From Sphagnum compactum (lineage: Eukaryota): DNA of 64,000 nucleotides. Below the pieces are notes generated by a model, which saw nothing but the letters and a program-made list of their open reading frames with translations, did no database searches and had not been told where the DNA came from. Within the stretch, counting starts at the first letter, position 1. Every line of letters starts with the position of its first letter. Positions 36,157-50,136 of the stretch are shown piece by piece. The DNA lies in NCBI GenBank assembly GCA_965153455.1, contig OZ234494.1, positions 4,774,001-4,838,000 of the forward strand. Reading direction: 5' to 3'. Position numbers and translations under genes: made by a program.

Positions 36157-39100
36157 ATGATGAAGTGGGAGGAGCCATCAGTAATGATATTAGCTGGCTT
36201 GCTACTCATGCAAGTGATTGCAGGAGTTGTGGGAAATGGGACTCCCCGGACCCACCCATATTCAATTCTGAATGACCCACAGGCAGACCGTAGTAGGCCT
36301 TTGAATGCTGACTTTGACAACATGGAAGTTTCCATCAATGAATCTGTTCATATTTGGCCAATGCCTGCCAGTGTGACCAAAGGCAAGGCCATTGTCACAT
36401 TGGCAAGGGACTTTGCATTTGGCCAGGCAGATGGGAACCAGATTGTATCTGCAACACTTGCTCAAGCATTTTCCCGATATATCGATTTCATTTATAGACC
36501 ACATGCTCAGTCTCAGGTTGCATTCTCCTCGTTTCAGGATAGTAATATCCCTGTACTGGAGCAGCTTCTAGTGGGTCTGGATCCATCAACTGAAGAGGTA
36601 ATTTACATTTTCATATACTTTCTTATGAAACATGCATCAGATTGAGGAATTGCACAGGACCTGCTGATGATGCACTTTTGCAGCAATTGGAGTGGAGCTG
36701 CAGTTTTGACCTATGTGAAGTGTTGGCAGAATTAATGAATGCTCTGATTCAAAATTATTTCCACAAGCTCCTTGAAATTAGTCTTAGTTGACAAACACCC
36801 AAATGTGTGCAATCCCGTTCTATCAGCTTTGATTTCATGTGTCCCCTAATTGACTGTTTCTGGACATTGGGCTGCAGCTAGAGTTTGAGGTTGATGAGTC
36901 ATACACTTTGAAAGTACCCGATCCTTCCAACCCCAGCATTGCATCACTGCAGGTAAGATGCAATTTGAGCACTCTCTTGAGAATTACTTAAAACCCTGAC
37001 CTGATTTTTCCTTTGTATTTGGAGGTTCCTTACCAAGCAGAATCTTCGTCGTACATAAACAAGGCCCACCTTACCAAGCATAACCTTTGTCATCAATAAC
37101 GAGGCACGCATTACCAAGCATAACCTTCTTGCACAATTTCAGATTAGATCAGATTTTAAAGTAGGTGAATGGCAGGTCACATTGGATATTTTCTGTTGTT
37201 TTTGGGCTTGGAACTCAGGCTAACCGCCCTCATTTCCATGCCCTCAAACAACAGAACATCCTCTGGACCTGCCATTCACCTATACATTATTGTACACTTT
37301 TAACTTTAGTGAAGTTCCATTTATTCTGACATGATGTGGATGGGAGTGTGGTTCAATTTAGGCTGCCAATGTTTACGGAGCACTGCGTGGTCTTGAGGTG
37401 ATGATCTCTCTTCCAATCCTTTCTCCTGGAATACCAAGAAGGCATATATGTAGTCTACATAAATTTCTCATTTGGGATGACAAAAGCAGAGAACAGGCTC
37501 ATTGTTCTACTGTGGACATCCAAGTGTCAGACTCTTTCCTTACAATGACATATATATGCTTCATGTGTGTACAATGAAGGACACATGAAGTCTGTTGTGA
37601 ATGTTTCCAACATCCCTGTGATTTCCAGGGAAGACATGTTGTTGGGCATGCTGTCTCATGAATTCCCTGTAACCTGGTTATGGTCGGTCTGCATTTTGAG
37701 TGTCAGGTATCATATGGCTCTGAGAAGGCCTCTTAGCTGATCGATTGTGAACATGATGTATTGTTATCTTTGTGTTCTAGACATTCAGCCAGCTGGTGAG
37801 CTACCATTACTCTTCACGATCACTGCAGATAACAAGAACACCTTGGATCATCACTGACTATCCTCGCTTCCCATATCGTGGACTTCTGATTGGTACTCTA
37901 CTCTCTGTCTCTCTGCTCAGCTAGAGCCTGGATGTGAACATTACTGTAGTTGAATCCTTAGTGTCCTTCTTATTTCTGTATTCTGCTGAGTGAGAGAGAG
38001 AGACATTGTGTGTTCAGTGTTTGTAAGCTTTCTATCTAAATTTTCTGTCTCTTTCTTTCTCTCTCCCTTTGCTTGGAAAGTAGTCTCTTCTGCCAATTCA
38101 AAACATGCCTATGAAAATCTTATATGTGTACATGTACTTTTTCTCTGTCTTTCCTCCTCTTACAGAAAGTACAAATGTATTCAACATGCTACACATGGAG
38201 TTCAAAATACTCTAAACTCTGAAAGTTAAGCGGAACTTCTCAAATGGGGTGTTGGGTTCAACGCCAAAGCCTGGCAAGAGTGAGCAAAAACATGTAGTGA
38301 TGAGTTTCTCCTCCCCTTCCTCCCCTCTCTAATAAACTTGTACACACCATTGTCTGTCACCTGCATGATGATTGATGCAGACACATCACGGCATTACCAA
38401 CCTTTGGAATCAATCAAACGTGTGATCGACTCCATGTCCTTTGCTAAGCTTGTAAGCTCCCTTCCACATTGCCAGGACACCTGTTCTGAGAATAGAGTAT
38501 CATACATATATACTTGGGCTCTGCATTGTTGCACACTACCAATGACAATCAACTCCTCAACAAAGTGCTAAACTTGGATGCATGATGGCATAAGTTGACA
38601 AGTTCATCTTGCATTCAAGCCTTTCTACTTGCTGTTCATGATGCTTGGATGTACTTTTAGAGTTAGACTGGGTGTTGTCTTTGTTATCTTCTGCAGAATG
38701 TACTACACTGGCACATTGTTGATGAAGAAGCTTTTCCAATTGAGGTCCCTTCATATCCACGTCTATGGAACGGTGCCTACAGCTATAAGGAGCGCTACAC
38801 CACAGAAGATGCTGCTGAAATTGTGGAGTACATCCTTAACATCTAACCCTATGACCATACAATTACTAGTTTCTTCTGAATTATATCATGTCTCAAGAGG
38901 GTATGTAGTTCTTTAGACGATTGCTCATGTGCATTTGCTGATGCAGACAGACACGGAGTGTCTAGTATAATTCACTTTCACATTCCAGTTTTAGTCTGAT
39001 TGTCTTCAGAAATGTGATATCTGAAATGATTGTTTTCAGATATGCTCGGGCAAGAGGCATCCATGTCATGCCTGAACTTGATGTTCCTGGTCATGGTGCA

Positions 39101-42100
39101 TCCTGGTACATAACTTTCTCTTCAACTTCAAGACTGTTTGAGGTTTGTATTCATCATCACTTTGGCAATGATCTTGCACAGAGAATGTAAATTTGTGAAC
39201 TCTTTCCATAGTGAACACGACCTATTGACACAAGGCTTGTTTGTGATCACAATTCAGGCTTATGGAGATTGTGTCATAAGCTTAAATTATGGTCACAACC
39301 AAACCTCTTTCCATATTGACATGACGTATTGACATGAGGTTTGTTTGTGATTGTAATTCAGGCTTATTTGTTCTTTGAGTGCTTTTTGAAGGGGCATAGG
39401 ATATCCACAACTCTGGCCATCACCGCAGTGCAATGAACCCCTAGATGTGAGCAAAGAATTCACATTCGAAGTCATTGATGGGATACTTCAAGGTGAATTG
39501 GTTGTACTCCATGCCATGCTCTCTTGTGTTGGTTCCATATCCAACTTATTACATTAAATCCATCAGTATAATTGTTCTGGCTCCCCCCTAGTTCTCTTCA
39601 ACCTGCCATGGAAACAAGAAGAGATCCCATTTGTACTTCTGTGCAGCCCGATTTGCTTGAAATTTGAGAATAAGTCAAACTCAAATAGATAGCCATATAT
39701 TTATGATGTCTTCATCAATTTCAACTCAAGCTGGTTTCTTGTAAGGGTTTAGGGTTTAGGGTTTTAACCCAATATCAGACAGACTGCCTGATGATCAATG
39801 AACTGACTACATCTCTCAACCTTTGCATGCAGATTTCAGGGCGCTTTTTCCATTCAAGTTTGCTCATTTGGGTGGGGATGAAGTCAATACTAGTAAGATT
39901 CCATATCAATCATATAAATTGCAACTTTTCAGTACTACTTCTGAGTGAAAGTTCTCCATAACTTTCTTGCCTTGATGTGTTTTGATGCTGTGACCGACAA
40001 GTTTTTTTCAATGAGCATGGCAATCCATCTGCACTTGTTGGAAAAAGTTTCACTCTACTCCTTCAAATTATATTAGAGTTTCTGTACCTCAACTTCCACA
40101 CACTTGTACACATTTCATGATTGATGCCTTTGATGTGAGAAGAAGAATCTCGTCTCATGCGGGTTACTTCCAGTGTTGGGCGGGTATTTGGTTTTGTAAT
40201 GACTCTTGACTTGGGTTATTAGAAAACTTTATAGAATCCAAGAGCTTCCGGGTCTAGGTGTTTCGGGAAAATTTTCAGAATCAAAGAGCCTCTGGTTCTG
40301 TTTATCTCGAAACCTTCAAGAACTGGCAAAGAATAGCAGTTTTATGAATGATAATGTGATTAGTTTTCATTTTTTTGAGAATCACGATGAATAATATCAG
40401 AACTGGATTTTTGAATTTTTGAGAACTGTGGGTATGAAATTTGCAAGAACCACCACCCTGAGAACTAGTCCAGGAGCTTGGGTGCCATTTTCTCATACCC
40501 ATCCAACACGGGTTCCTTCTGACAATGTGTTGGTAGAAGTTCAGGTAGATCTGAATCGCACCCAAATGAAGGGCAATTGATTGAATTCACTAACTTTCAA
40601 TGTGTTTACCATGTATTGTAGGTTGCTGGGAAGATTCCCCGTCAATCAAGAGATGGTACACTTCGTTTTTAACTTGAGGAATTTAGATTCCTGGATCTAT
40701 TTGTTCCATTGTAGAATTATGTCAAGGTTGGAAGAAGCAAATGAGATACTAGTATTGACGTCTTGCATATTCAAGAGCATGGGACAAAAGGAACAATGGG
40801 TGTGGGCACTACAATGGGTGCTTTTGCAGGCTTATTTCTCAGAATCTGACAGGCCAGGGTGCATATGCTAGCTTTGTCATCCGTGCTCAGCAAATAGCAA
40901 TCAAACATGGCTACGAGCCTGTGAATTGGTCTGCTTTTTTCCACTTATTTGATTGCAATTAGTCGATCCGACTTAGAATAATTATAACAGCATTTGCACT
41001 TCCATGATAGCTAATTGTTAGTTGCCCGACTATGAGTTTGGTGAAGCAGTGAAGGAGTTTTTGCAAGATCCATTCCAGCTTGGGAGCTTCAGCACATTGT
41101 ATATTGCAAGAAGAATGTAGGATCTTATGATAATTCGTTGTGTCATGTAACAGGGAGGAAACCTTCAACACTTTTCCATCACGACTAAGCAAAGAGACCG
41201 TTGTACATAACTGGTACATCATTGTCTTCTCCCCCATCAATGAGCCTTGGGGGGCTCTAGAACATAATATGTTCCTTTGCCCCTTTGTGACCCACTCTTG
41301 GGTCAACCAAGTCCTCTCTCTTTGTTCTTCCTTTCGCCCCTTGGTTGGTTGGGTGCTTTTCGTTGGGTGCTTTTGTTTGATAAAGCTTGCACAGGGTTTC
41401 ATCAAAGTGAGGTTGAACCCAAAGGAAGTAACTTCATAGCCCTTCGTAAGAAGAACACCCTTACCTACTTTGATCTACATTGGAATGGAAAGAGCAGGCT
41501 GGACAGTGGAACATGTCCAAGGGCAGTCAAGGCTGGGCTGAGATGTATAGTGAGCAACCAAGGAACTTGGTACCTCGACCATTTGGATGTGACATGGGAC
41601 CAATTTTACATGACCGAACCGCTTGTCAACATCACTGATCCTGATGAACAAAAGCTTCTCATTGGCGGCGAGGTTTGTATGTGGGGTGAAACTGTGGATG
41701 CTTCCGATATCTTGCAAACCATCTGGCCCAGAGCTGCAGCTGCTGCTGGTATGTACAACACATTTTCTCAGCTCTACTACTTAGGCACACTTGCCACCCG
41801 CTTGCACTTGAATTTAAAGGTTCTTTGATGGATTTGAACCCACCCATCTGTATACACAAAAACTACACACAACTGCACAAAAACTACACACAACTGTATA
41901 CACAAAAACTACACACAACTGCACAAAAACTACACACAACTATATACACAAAAACTACACACAACTGCACACATATGACACAACTTTCTTTCTTTCTTTC
42001 TTTCTTTCTTTCTCACTAATAACATTATATATTCGTTACATGTATATATATACACACACGAGAATGTGGTTTTATAATATTTCAATGTGTGCCATTACAT

Positions 42101-42837
42101 TACCTGATGTCAAATTCGTTGTTTTTTAATGTAATAATATGCGTCACAATGAACAACATCACATACATATTGTACATTGTAATGGATGAAATCACCAAAG
42201 TTTTACCTCACCACACAAGTCACACATGAGCTGCGACTTTTTTGTTTTCTAAAATTTTCATTGCCAGTTACAAGTTTGATGCCCTATTATGCCAAAACTG
42301 GCCGAGTAAAACCACATTCTTTTTGTAGTGATGTCGAAAACTTTAAGAGTTCAAAAAAAACTTGCCAACATTTTTGTCGACTAACTTCATGAATTTTTTG
42401 AACTTTACAGTTTTCGACATTGCTACAAAAGAAAGAAAGTGGGTTTTTTCCTTGCCCACCTTCTTATGATTTGCTTCACAAAACTCATGTCATATATTCA
42501 AAAGAAAATAAATGTAATTATGTACATTATTGAATATTTTAAAAAAATAAACTCGAATCATTTCATTTGAACAAAATCTCAATAAGATATTTCATTCATT
42601 CATTCATTACTTTTACTACCGTTTTACTTCTTCTTGGGTGGTGGTGCAGAGCGGTTATGGAGTCCACTCTCGAGCACACGACAAGGGAGCTCCGATAATG
42701 TACTCCGAAGGCTTCAAAATTTCCGTTGTTTGCTAAATGAACGAGGGATTGCAGCTGCGCCCCTTTTAAATTTTTCGGGTGCTGATGCATTTGGGAGAGT
42801 TGCACCGAGTGAGCCCGGCTCTTGCTTTAGGCAATGA
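36157..42837 (+). CDS. HEXO: Beta-N-acetylhexosaminidase, GH20, plant HEXO1/HEXO3 type (about 574 aa, 14 coding exons)
   Basis: Exons 36157-36597, 36878-36952, 37362-37397, 37781-37892, 38381-38451, 38697-38827, 39040-39105, 39392-39492, 39833-39892, 40622-40655, 40830-40928, 41154-41213, 41498-41748 and 42650-42837 join in frame (1725 nt, all GT-AG). N-terminal signal/TM segment, PRFPYRGLLIDTSRHY, NVLHWHIVD, ELDVPGH, catalytic HLGGDE, GGEVCMWGE and IWPRAAAAAERLWS. Confidence 0.95.
37162..37282. mobile_element. Fold-back MITE-like element of about 120 bp in HEXO intron 2
   Basis: Perfect 17-bp IR TAGGTGAATGGCAGGTC / GACCTGCCATTCACCTA with pairing continuing inward; the outer TA dinucleotides may be the TSD. 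Confidence 0.65.
40171..40511. mobile_element. hAT-type MITE in HEXO intron 9
   Basis: TIRs CAGTGTTGGGCGGGTAT / ATACCCATCCAACACGG. The 8-bp flanks GTTACTTC (40163-40170) and GTTCCTTC (40512-40519) fit a TSD with one mismatch. Confidence 0.7.
41851..41971. repeat. Minisatellite (CACAAAAACTACACACAACTG core, 5 copies) in the last HEXO intron
   Basis: Alternating units of about 25 and 21 bp are directly visible. Confidence 0.85.
42300..42456. repeat. Imperfect inverted repeat (MITE-like hairpin) in the last HEXO intron
   Basis: TTTTGTAGTGATGTCGAAAACT..AGTTCAAAAAA pairs with TTTTTTGAACT..AGTTTTCGACATTGCTACAAAA. Confidence 0.7.
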
Positions 42838-45800
42838 AAACAAACAAAGAACAAATAAATTTGTATATGGCTCAAAAGGTGAGTAAACGAATAAAATCCT
42901 TGACTAACCGACCCACCCACCGACCGACCCCACTTGAATCATGGTTTTGATATTGGGGTTAGTAGGGTAGGGCTCGGCCTCGGGTGCTCGAATTAAAACA
43001 TGGGTCAATTCTTCATTTTTAAAAAATTGCCATATAAAATCCTTTTATTTTTTTTCCTCTACCCTTTTATTGAGTGGGGCTTCATGGCAATTAAAAATGA
43101 AGAGTTTGTGTGTATTTCATTCACTCGGAATGAATTTTTGAAAGTTGAAATAAAAAACAACAACTCCCGAGTTTGGATGGGATCTAATGTGTCCGTGTTG
43201 ATTGATTAGGTCCCCCACGATGACGTTGGCTCGAGTGCGAATTGTTGTTCACAATTACTTATATTTAGCCAAATTTGATGGTATTCAAAATATGAAAATA
43301 AAAATCTTTAAGCACCCTCCTTTTACATTGTAAGCAATTGTGACAATTTTTTTTGGCAATTTTTTTGGGGATTTTTTTTTTCTTTCATTTTCTGACGATT
43401 TTTTACCCAAAAAAGAAGGGAATTTGTGACAACATATTTTTTCCCCAATTTTTTTTTTCGGGGTTCAAAATGTCGAAAATTTGCCACCAAACAAAACCCC
43501 GCAGCACATACCAAAAAAAAAACCCCAATGGTGTGTTTTTTTCCCCTCAATTTCGTCATGTAGCTACATTGGCAATCATCTACAAGAGGGATTAGCCAAA
43601 TTTGGCTACAGGTCAAAGAGGAAAGTAGAAAACAATAAGAATTGTGCTATATTTCGGTGACTTACTAGAACCTAGAATTTTTTTTTCCCTTTAAATCTTG
43701 CAACTTTGGTGCATTTTTTTTTTCACACATATCCTTGATATGAGTCACATTGGATTTTGTTTTGTCATCTAGTGGGTAAATTCACCCAAAAAAACAAAAG
43801 TTGGTTAAGAACCCAACCAAAATCTATCCAAAATTGATAATTGTGAGGAAATTAAAATTTGTTGGTAATCATAGCTTGGAAATATAGTCTTCCAATATTT
43901 TTGAATAATTGTGAATGGGAGAAAGCTGTGTGAATATTGAACAAAGATAAGAGAAAGACATTTAAAAATTTTACCAACAATTAGAAAAATATAAACCTTT
44001 AATGATGTTCAAAACCTAGATAAAATATGAACTTATTCAAAAAAAATTGAAGTTGTTCAACCTTCAATGTTGTTTTACCTTAATTTGAAATTTGATTTCC
44101 TTCTCGCTAATTTTAGAATAGTAAAAATTAATATATTTTAGTAAAAATAATAATGCAATAATACATCAACTTATTGCATGTTGAAACATGCCATATATTG
44201 GACTTTAGCTTGTTGCATAAATGGAGTCTTTCCAATTAGGTACATTCAAATAGAATAATTAACAACCACTTGAAATGATAAAAAGTATTTTTATTATTTA
44301 GGAATGCACATTTTAACCTATACATTTGAAATTATTGGTATTAAAAGGATTAATATTAGAATCCAAAGATATTTGAATTTCACATATTATGCAATCATTC
44401 GACATGGTGAAGATATGGTTTTTTGGTTTTTCAAATTTCTCAAGTAGGTCCACTAGTGAGAATCCCTAGCATTAATTAACATTAAATGGTGATTGTCCTA
44501 GGTGGGTTGTAACATTTTACAAAAGTGCTATTACAAGTGGCAACCTCGGAAGTGCTTAAGTTTAGACGTGGCTAATTTGAGTATTTTTAATTCAAAAAAT
44601 GGCGAGAAAATCCCTCAAAAATCATAAAATTTCATTTTTTGAAAAACATTTGCCAAATTGCAAAATTCCCCCAAAAAACAAATACATTGGTGAACATAAA
44701 ACTAATGTCTTAAATGACGGCTTCATTACTAATCAAATTCCAACATCAAAAGATAATATTATGATTAAATGTTTTTTCAACGCCAAAGTACATTCAAAAT
44801 GAAAGACATCTTTTTAATTTTCATATTTGGTAACAAATAGTTGGACAAATGGATCGACTTACTTTTCATTTTTTGAACATTTGTTCATTTTGATCTTTGT
44901 AACAATGTTTTTAAAAGAAAATTTGACAAATGTGAAATTTTTGGCAATCTTTTGTGCCAAAATTCACAAAAGAGAGCTCCTTTGTGTGTCATTCATTTGG
45001 TTGAATTGGATAACTACTTTCAAAATTTTAATCTCTATTGTTATGTGAAATGCTTCTTTGATTTTCAAATGGAATCAACAAATGCCAAAATCTCAATTTG
45101 TCAAACAAGTAGTGATTTGCTAGGAACTCAACCTTAAAAAACTTAGCAACTTGATTGACCTTCAAGTTAAAAATTCTAGTGAAAGTCTCAAGTGGGGGAA
45201 TTAATGCCCTACCCATTGCAACACATGGGTGACCTCCACAAGCAATGGAGGTTAGTTAGTGTTCTTAGGAGAAAGCAACAATTGACATTTGTGGGTTGAT
45301 TGTTGCGAATTGAATAAACCAAAATTATGGAAAACAAAGGCCAACAAAGAGTAACAACTTTGTGGTCTAGCTTCTCACCATTAATCAACATCAACTTAGC
45401 ACCTATGCTAGTTTTTTAGTCAAAATAGAGAAACCACATCAACGAACAATTTTAGTTTTAAATTAATTTAGACGAGTCACATTAAATTATTAATTATTAA
45501 TTATTAATTAAAAAAATGCCACTTGAACATTATTATATTGGTTGGGACCTCATCTCATTATGGATCAATAATAATTTTGAAATAGAAACCCAACAAATGA
45601 GAAAGACAAGTTTCTAGCTAGGAGTAAACAAATAATGGTAGAGCTAACTAACTACTTGAAGTGGTAAAGTTATGAACTATAGTAGCACAAGATGGATGTC
45701 GACATGAAAAGAAACTCTCTTGGGAAAATGGGCCCCCTTTAGAGACGGAAGGAAGGGTTGCAAGGAGACCCCATGACATGCCTTTCAAGGCAAGGCAATG

Positions 45801-45944
45801 TGGGCACAACATGGAGGCGATGTGAAGGGTTAGGTGAGGCCAAGGAGGTTTCACCCTCGATGCCAAAAGGGTTAGCTCAAAACAAACTTAAACAATGTGG
45901 GTCGGTGCTAAAAGGGGCCTAGTGGATTGTAAGTCCTAAATAAG

Positions 45945-46000
45945 ACCCTAAACCCTAAACCCTAAGACCCGACCGTTTAGGGTTTTAGGGTTTAGGGTTT
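45945..46000. repeat. Interstitial plant telomeric repeats, (CCCTAAA)3 then (TTTAGGG)3
   Basis: ACCCTAAACCCTAAACCCTAAGACCCGACCGTTTAGGGTTTTAGGGTTTAGGGTTT. Another (AGGGTTT)3 tract is at 39744-39764. Confidence 0.8.
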
Positions 46001-46096
46001 GTGCCGTTTCTAATACCCACCCCCACTCTGGGTACTACATGAAGACTTATGACCTCAATGCAATGAGTTAGTTTACCTAGACACCCAAAACCCAAC

Positions 46097-46444
46097 GAGA
46101 GGGGTGTCACATTGTGGCCTTGTTTGTTTACATTCAAAAGTATCCATAAAGGCAAAAGAAGAGTTACGGAAACTCAAATATTTCACCATGAAAAAATATA
46201 TTAATCTTCAAAAAAATTGTCTGAAAGAAACCAAAATCCCTTCAAGATATTATTATAACTCTATAATAACTAATCTCAAGTTTCAACACAATAGCCAAAA
46301 TATCATCTTTCAAAAATCCTCATATAAAAATAAATAGACCTATTATTATTATTACCTAGGGGCCTATAAAAATCCCTTAAGATACTATAACTCTATAATG
46401 AATCTAATCCTTCCTTAAGGGCCTTGGTAGGCAAGGCCAACAAA
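46097..46444 (+). repeat. Dispersed repeat with terminal palindrome (copy 2, inverted relative to 33872-34190)
   Basis: Shares long near-identical blocks such as TCAAGATATTATTATAACTCTATAATAACTAATCTCAAGTTTCAACACAATAGCCAAAATATCATCTTTC; ends GGCCTTGGTAGGCAAGGCCAACAAA. Confidence 0.85.
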
Positions 46445-47940
46445 CACACCATTAACAATACATGTAGTTTGTTTTCTTTTAGTTGTTGTTGCATTCATAT
46501 TTTCTATGTAACACTTTTCATGGTTCTTATCCAAGAGAATCAAGTTCAAAAATAAACATGTTTGGGAGTTTGGAGATTTGGACCCCACCTCAACTCCAAG
46601 AAGCAAAGCAAAATGAGTGCCTAATTAATTATACACCTACCATACCTAAAACTCACAATTGGCACTTACTTCTTTGTCAAATATTTATTTATTTATTTTA
46701 AGATATTAATTTTTTTTTGACAAATTCAAATTTAAGTTCTTAGAATTTCAACAGTTAAAAGAAATAAGTATAATGGCAAAATACACCTTGTGTTGTGTAT
46801 TTGCAAATAATAATAAAACCCAATGGGTGGGACGAGACTTCAATTCTAAACAATTTCAACAAATAAATAAATAAATATGGCTAAACCTTTTGCAAATGAT
46901 TTTGTGCCAAACATGAGTTGTAGGTATGGTTTTTGGAGATACTCTCTACTTCTCACATCCAAGTCTTTTTTGTAGTATTGTGATTACATCATATTCATAT
47001 CTATAATATTTTTTTTCTGTACAAAAATCTCATTTTGTTGTTGTTGTTGTTGTTGTTGGTTCTTTTTGTTTTTTTGTGAAGTGTAGTTTTTTTGAGATGC
47101 ACAAAGGAGGAGCTAGAAAGCTTAGATGAGTTGGTTTGGTAGGTGGGTTCAGATTTGTGGGACCTTGCACCACTCTCTGAACTCTTCTTCTTCTTCTTCT
47201 TCTTCAGAGCTCATTTCAGGCTCATTATCTGTGCCTTTCAGAGAAGTTTGATTTGGTGCCATGAGGAGATGGATTTGGCTCTCAGGATATTGTGGACTCA
47301 GGATTCTTTGTCCATGATCTCTTTGATTAGAAAATGGGGAAAGATTTAGTTAGGGTTTGTGTCTTTTGAAACATCATCCATCAGGTAGGGAAACCATTGA
47401 GGGGCAGTCTTGATCACAACTGTAGGCATCGAGGAGACTGGGGAACTCACAACCCCAAATGCTGACAAAAATGTTGGAATGTAATGAAGATCAAGCTCTC
47501 CAGATCTTCAAGACTCAGTGGGCCAAGAAAGACAATTTTGGGTTAATGCAGTTTGCATCTTTCAGGTTGGATTGGAATACCTAGTATGCACCAGTTGTTC
47601 TTTTCAGTCTGTGGGTGGTGCCATAGCTCACAGAGTAGCTGTCTAAGGTATTGGATGCTGGAAATCTGAAGTTCTCTCATCAGAAGAGCTGATTGGGTTG
47701 CAAGGTTGCATTGCTAAAGTATTATAACTTGTGGATATATTGTTTTGGGGGACATGAACATGCTGTGGGCCTGAGTTGCTACTTTGTGAGTTAAAAGCTA
47801 TTTGAGGCATTTGAGAAGTTGGAGTTTATGGAGATAATAAGAAGTCCACAGTGTTCGTGTTCTTGAGGAGGATTTGAGGATCCAAGGGGTTGTTACAAAT
47901 TTTTGAGGATTCTGCCGCAAGGAATTAATTTGTTGCAAAC

Positions 47941-50136
47941 ATGCCTATTTCTGTGGGACCGTTGCCATCAACTTCAGATCGGGATCGCACATCTGAATTT
48001 CATGCAATTGCAGATTTTTTGAGAAAGAGTCAGGTGTTAGGTGAACCCACAATAGATTCTGTGAATAGAGGAGCAGCAGAATTACTTGGGCACCCTGGAA
48101 CAGCAACGCATGAACCTTCCAGGGCTACATGTCAATTGGATTTCAGTAAAAGGGCATCACAGATCAGTTTTAGCATTCATCAAACATCCCAATTGCTTGC
48201 AAACCTCAAAAAATGTAAGTTTCTCTCAGCATCAGAAATTGTCATGGCATAAAGCATGGTCTTGGGGATCTGATGATGAAATTACATGTGTTGAGATTGT
48301 TTGATTGATTTAGGAGCTTGGGTGAATACTCATCAGTCTAAGTTTTTGAAAGTAGTAAGCTCTGAAGAATTGTACACTGGTGGTTGAAGATCAAGGTATT
48401 TTGTTCATATTATGATGATAGTATGGTTTTGATAAACCCTATCTAGATCGTCTGGAATGGTTGAACACTTGCAGTGGCAAAGCGAACATCAATGTTTGAG
48501 AACCCTGTAGTTGAAATTCAGCAGCTTACGTCTGTCATCAAACAAGACATCACTGCACTCAGTGCAGCCATTTCAGACTTACAGGTATTGGGTGCTACAC
48601 AGAATGAGAGGGTTAAGAGTTCAAAGCACAGTGCTGAACACTTGACCATGATTGTGGACACTCTCAAAAACCGCCTCATGACCATGACAAAAGATTTCAA
48701 GGACATTCTCACTTTTCATACTGAGGTACACATCATCTGACCCATTTCTACAATGAGATGGAAAGCAAATAAGAAGGACATCAAAGATGGATCTAATCAA
48801 TTTATGTTCCAGTGCTTGTGGGTCTTGGGATTTGGGCTCTTGGGCAGTATGGTTCTCAATAAAATCTGGTATCATGAAAATGTGGCTACTTCATTTCAAG
48901 TACTATGAGTTTTTGAGGCTCCTGATCAACAAATTCCAGAAGCTCTGATGTTGTTTAGAGACTACTTGTTTTATGCTCTGCACAGAATTTGAAGGTTCAT
49001 GAGAATCGAAGACAGATATTTTCGGCATCATCTTTGAAAGACAAAGCAAATCCATTTGCACTGCAGCAGCCTCTTTCTACTTCTGATCCTGGTGCAAGTG
49101 CCAACCCAATCCCCAGCAGCTCACCTGCCCCATGGGCCAGTCACTTGATGCCTGCAAGCTCACAGCTATTTCACTCAAGGTACATGTCTAAAGCTCATGG
49201 TAATTAATTCCTCAACCTGCACAGAACTGAAGCTGATCAGGGAATCAATTTGTAATCTAATCACAAGTTTCAGGCCATAGTCATTTGGATGGTGTGTTAT
49301 TGAGGTTCACTAAATTGGGGGGGGTGTGCAATATTCGTACTTGAAAAATGGGGGTGTTGATTCAATGCAACATTTTTGTTTGTTAAAGTTTGACACACAG
49401 ACGACGGCCCATACCAGATGAGGCATCAATGTCAGGGCAAATGCAACAACAAACAGTACAAGACACCTTTGTGCAAAACAGGGTGGCAACACTTCAAAAT
49501 GTCGAGTCCACTATTTTGGAGCTTAGCAATCTTTTTGTGCAATTGGCTACCATGGTTGCCCAGCAGAGCGATGTAGCAATTAGGTAATTCTTCTTACCAC
49601 TAGCTCTCTTTATGCTTTTAGAAACACTACTTTTTCTTTTTATTTGCCCTTCCCCTGTAGACAGTATGTGAATTGGATGAAGAAAAGTAAATTTGTAGAG
49701 TTTTAGGTGCATCATTTGCTTGAGCGCTCATTTGGTGCTTTACACCATATGCAGCATGCAGAACATGCTGCCAGGTAATTGGACCCCAAGAGGTCGAAAG
49801 TGCGTCTGATTATGGGCCCAAGTGCAGAGGAAATGGACTTTCCATCTGTAATTTTCCCAGCAAGCAGAAGCTAATAGTATTATGTTAAGGTGCATGCTAT
49901 GGACATTCCAACCGCTAACCCGAAAATCCATTTATGTGAACCCTGTTTTGAAACTGATAACTAGAATTCTTGACAGGATTGATGAAAACATGGATGACAC
50001 ATTGTCGAATGTGGAGGGTGCTCAAGGACAATTGCATAAGTTCTTGACCAGCGTATCATCCAATCGCTGGCTCATCATCAAGATATTTTTTGTCTTGCTT
50101 GTGCTCTTGCTTATTTTCATTGTGTTTGTGGCATAG
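47941..50136 (+). CDS. SYP3: Golgi Qa-SNARE, SYP3 family (SYP31/32; syntaxin-5/Sed5 homologue), about 353 aa, 5 exons
   Basis: Exons 47941-48214, 48475-48725, 48986-49179, 49401-49583 and 49977-50136 are in frame (1062 nt). RDRTSEF N-peptide, LAKRTSMFENPVVEIQQLTSVIKQDI, NLKVHENRRQIFS, SNARE motif QNVESTILELSNLFVQLATMVAQQ..IRIDENMDD, and SNRWLIIKIFFVLLVLLLIFIVFVA tail anchor. Confidence 0.95.
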
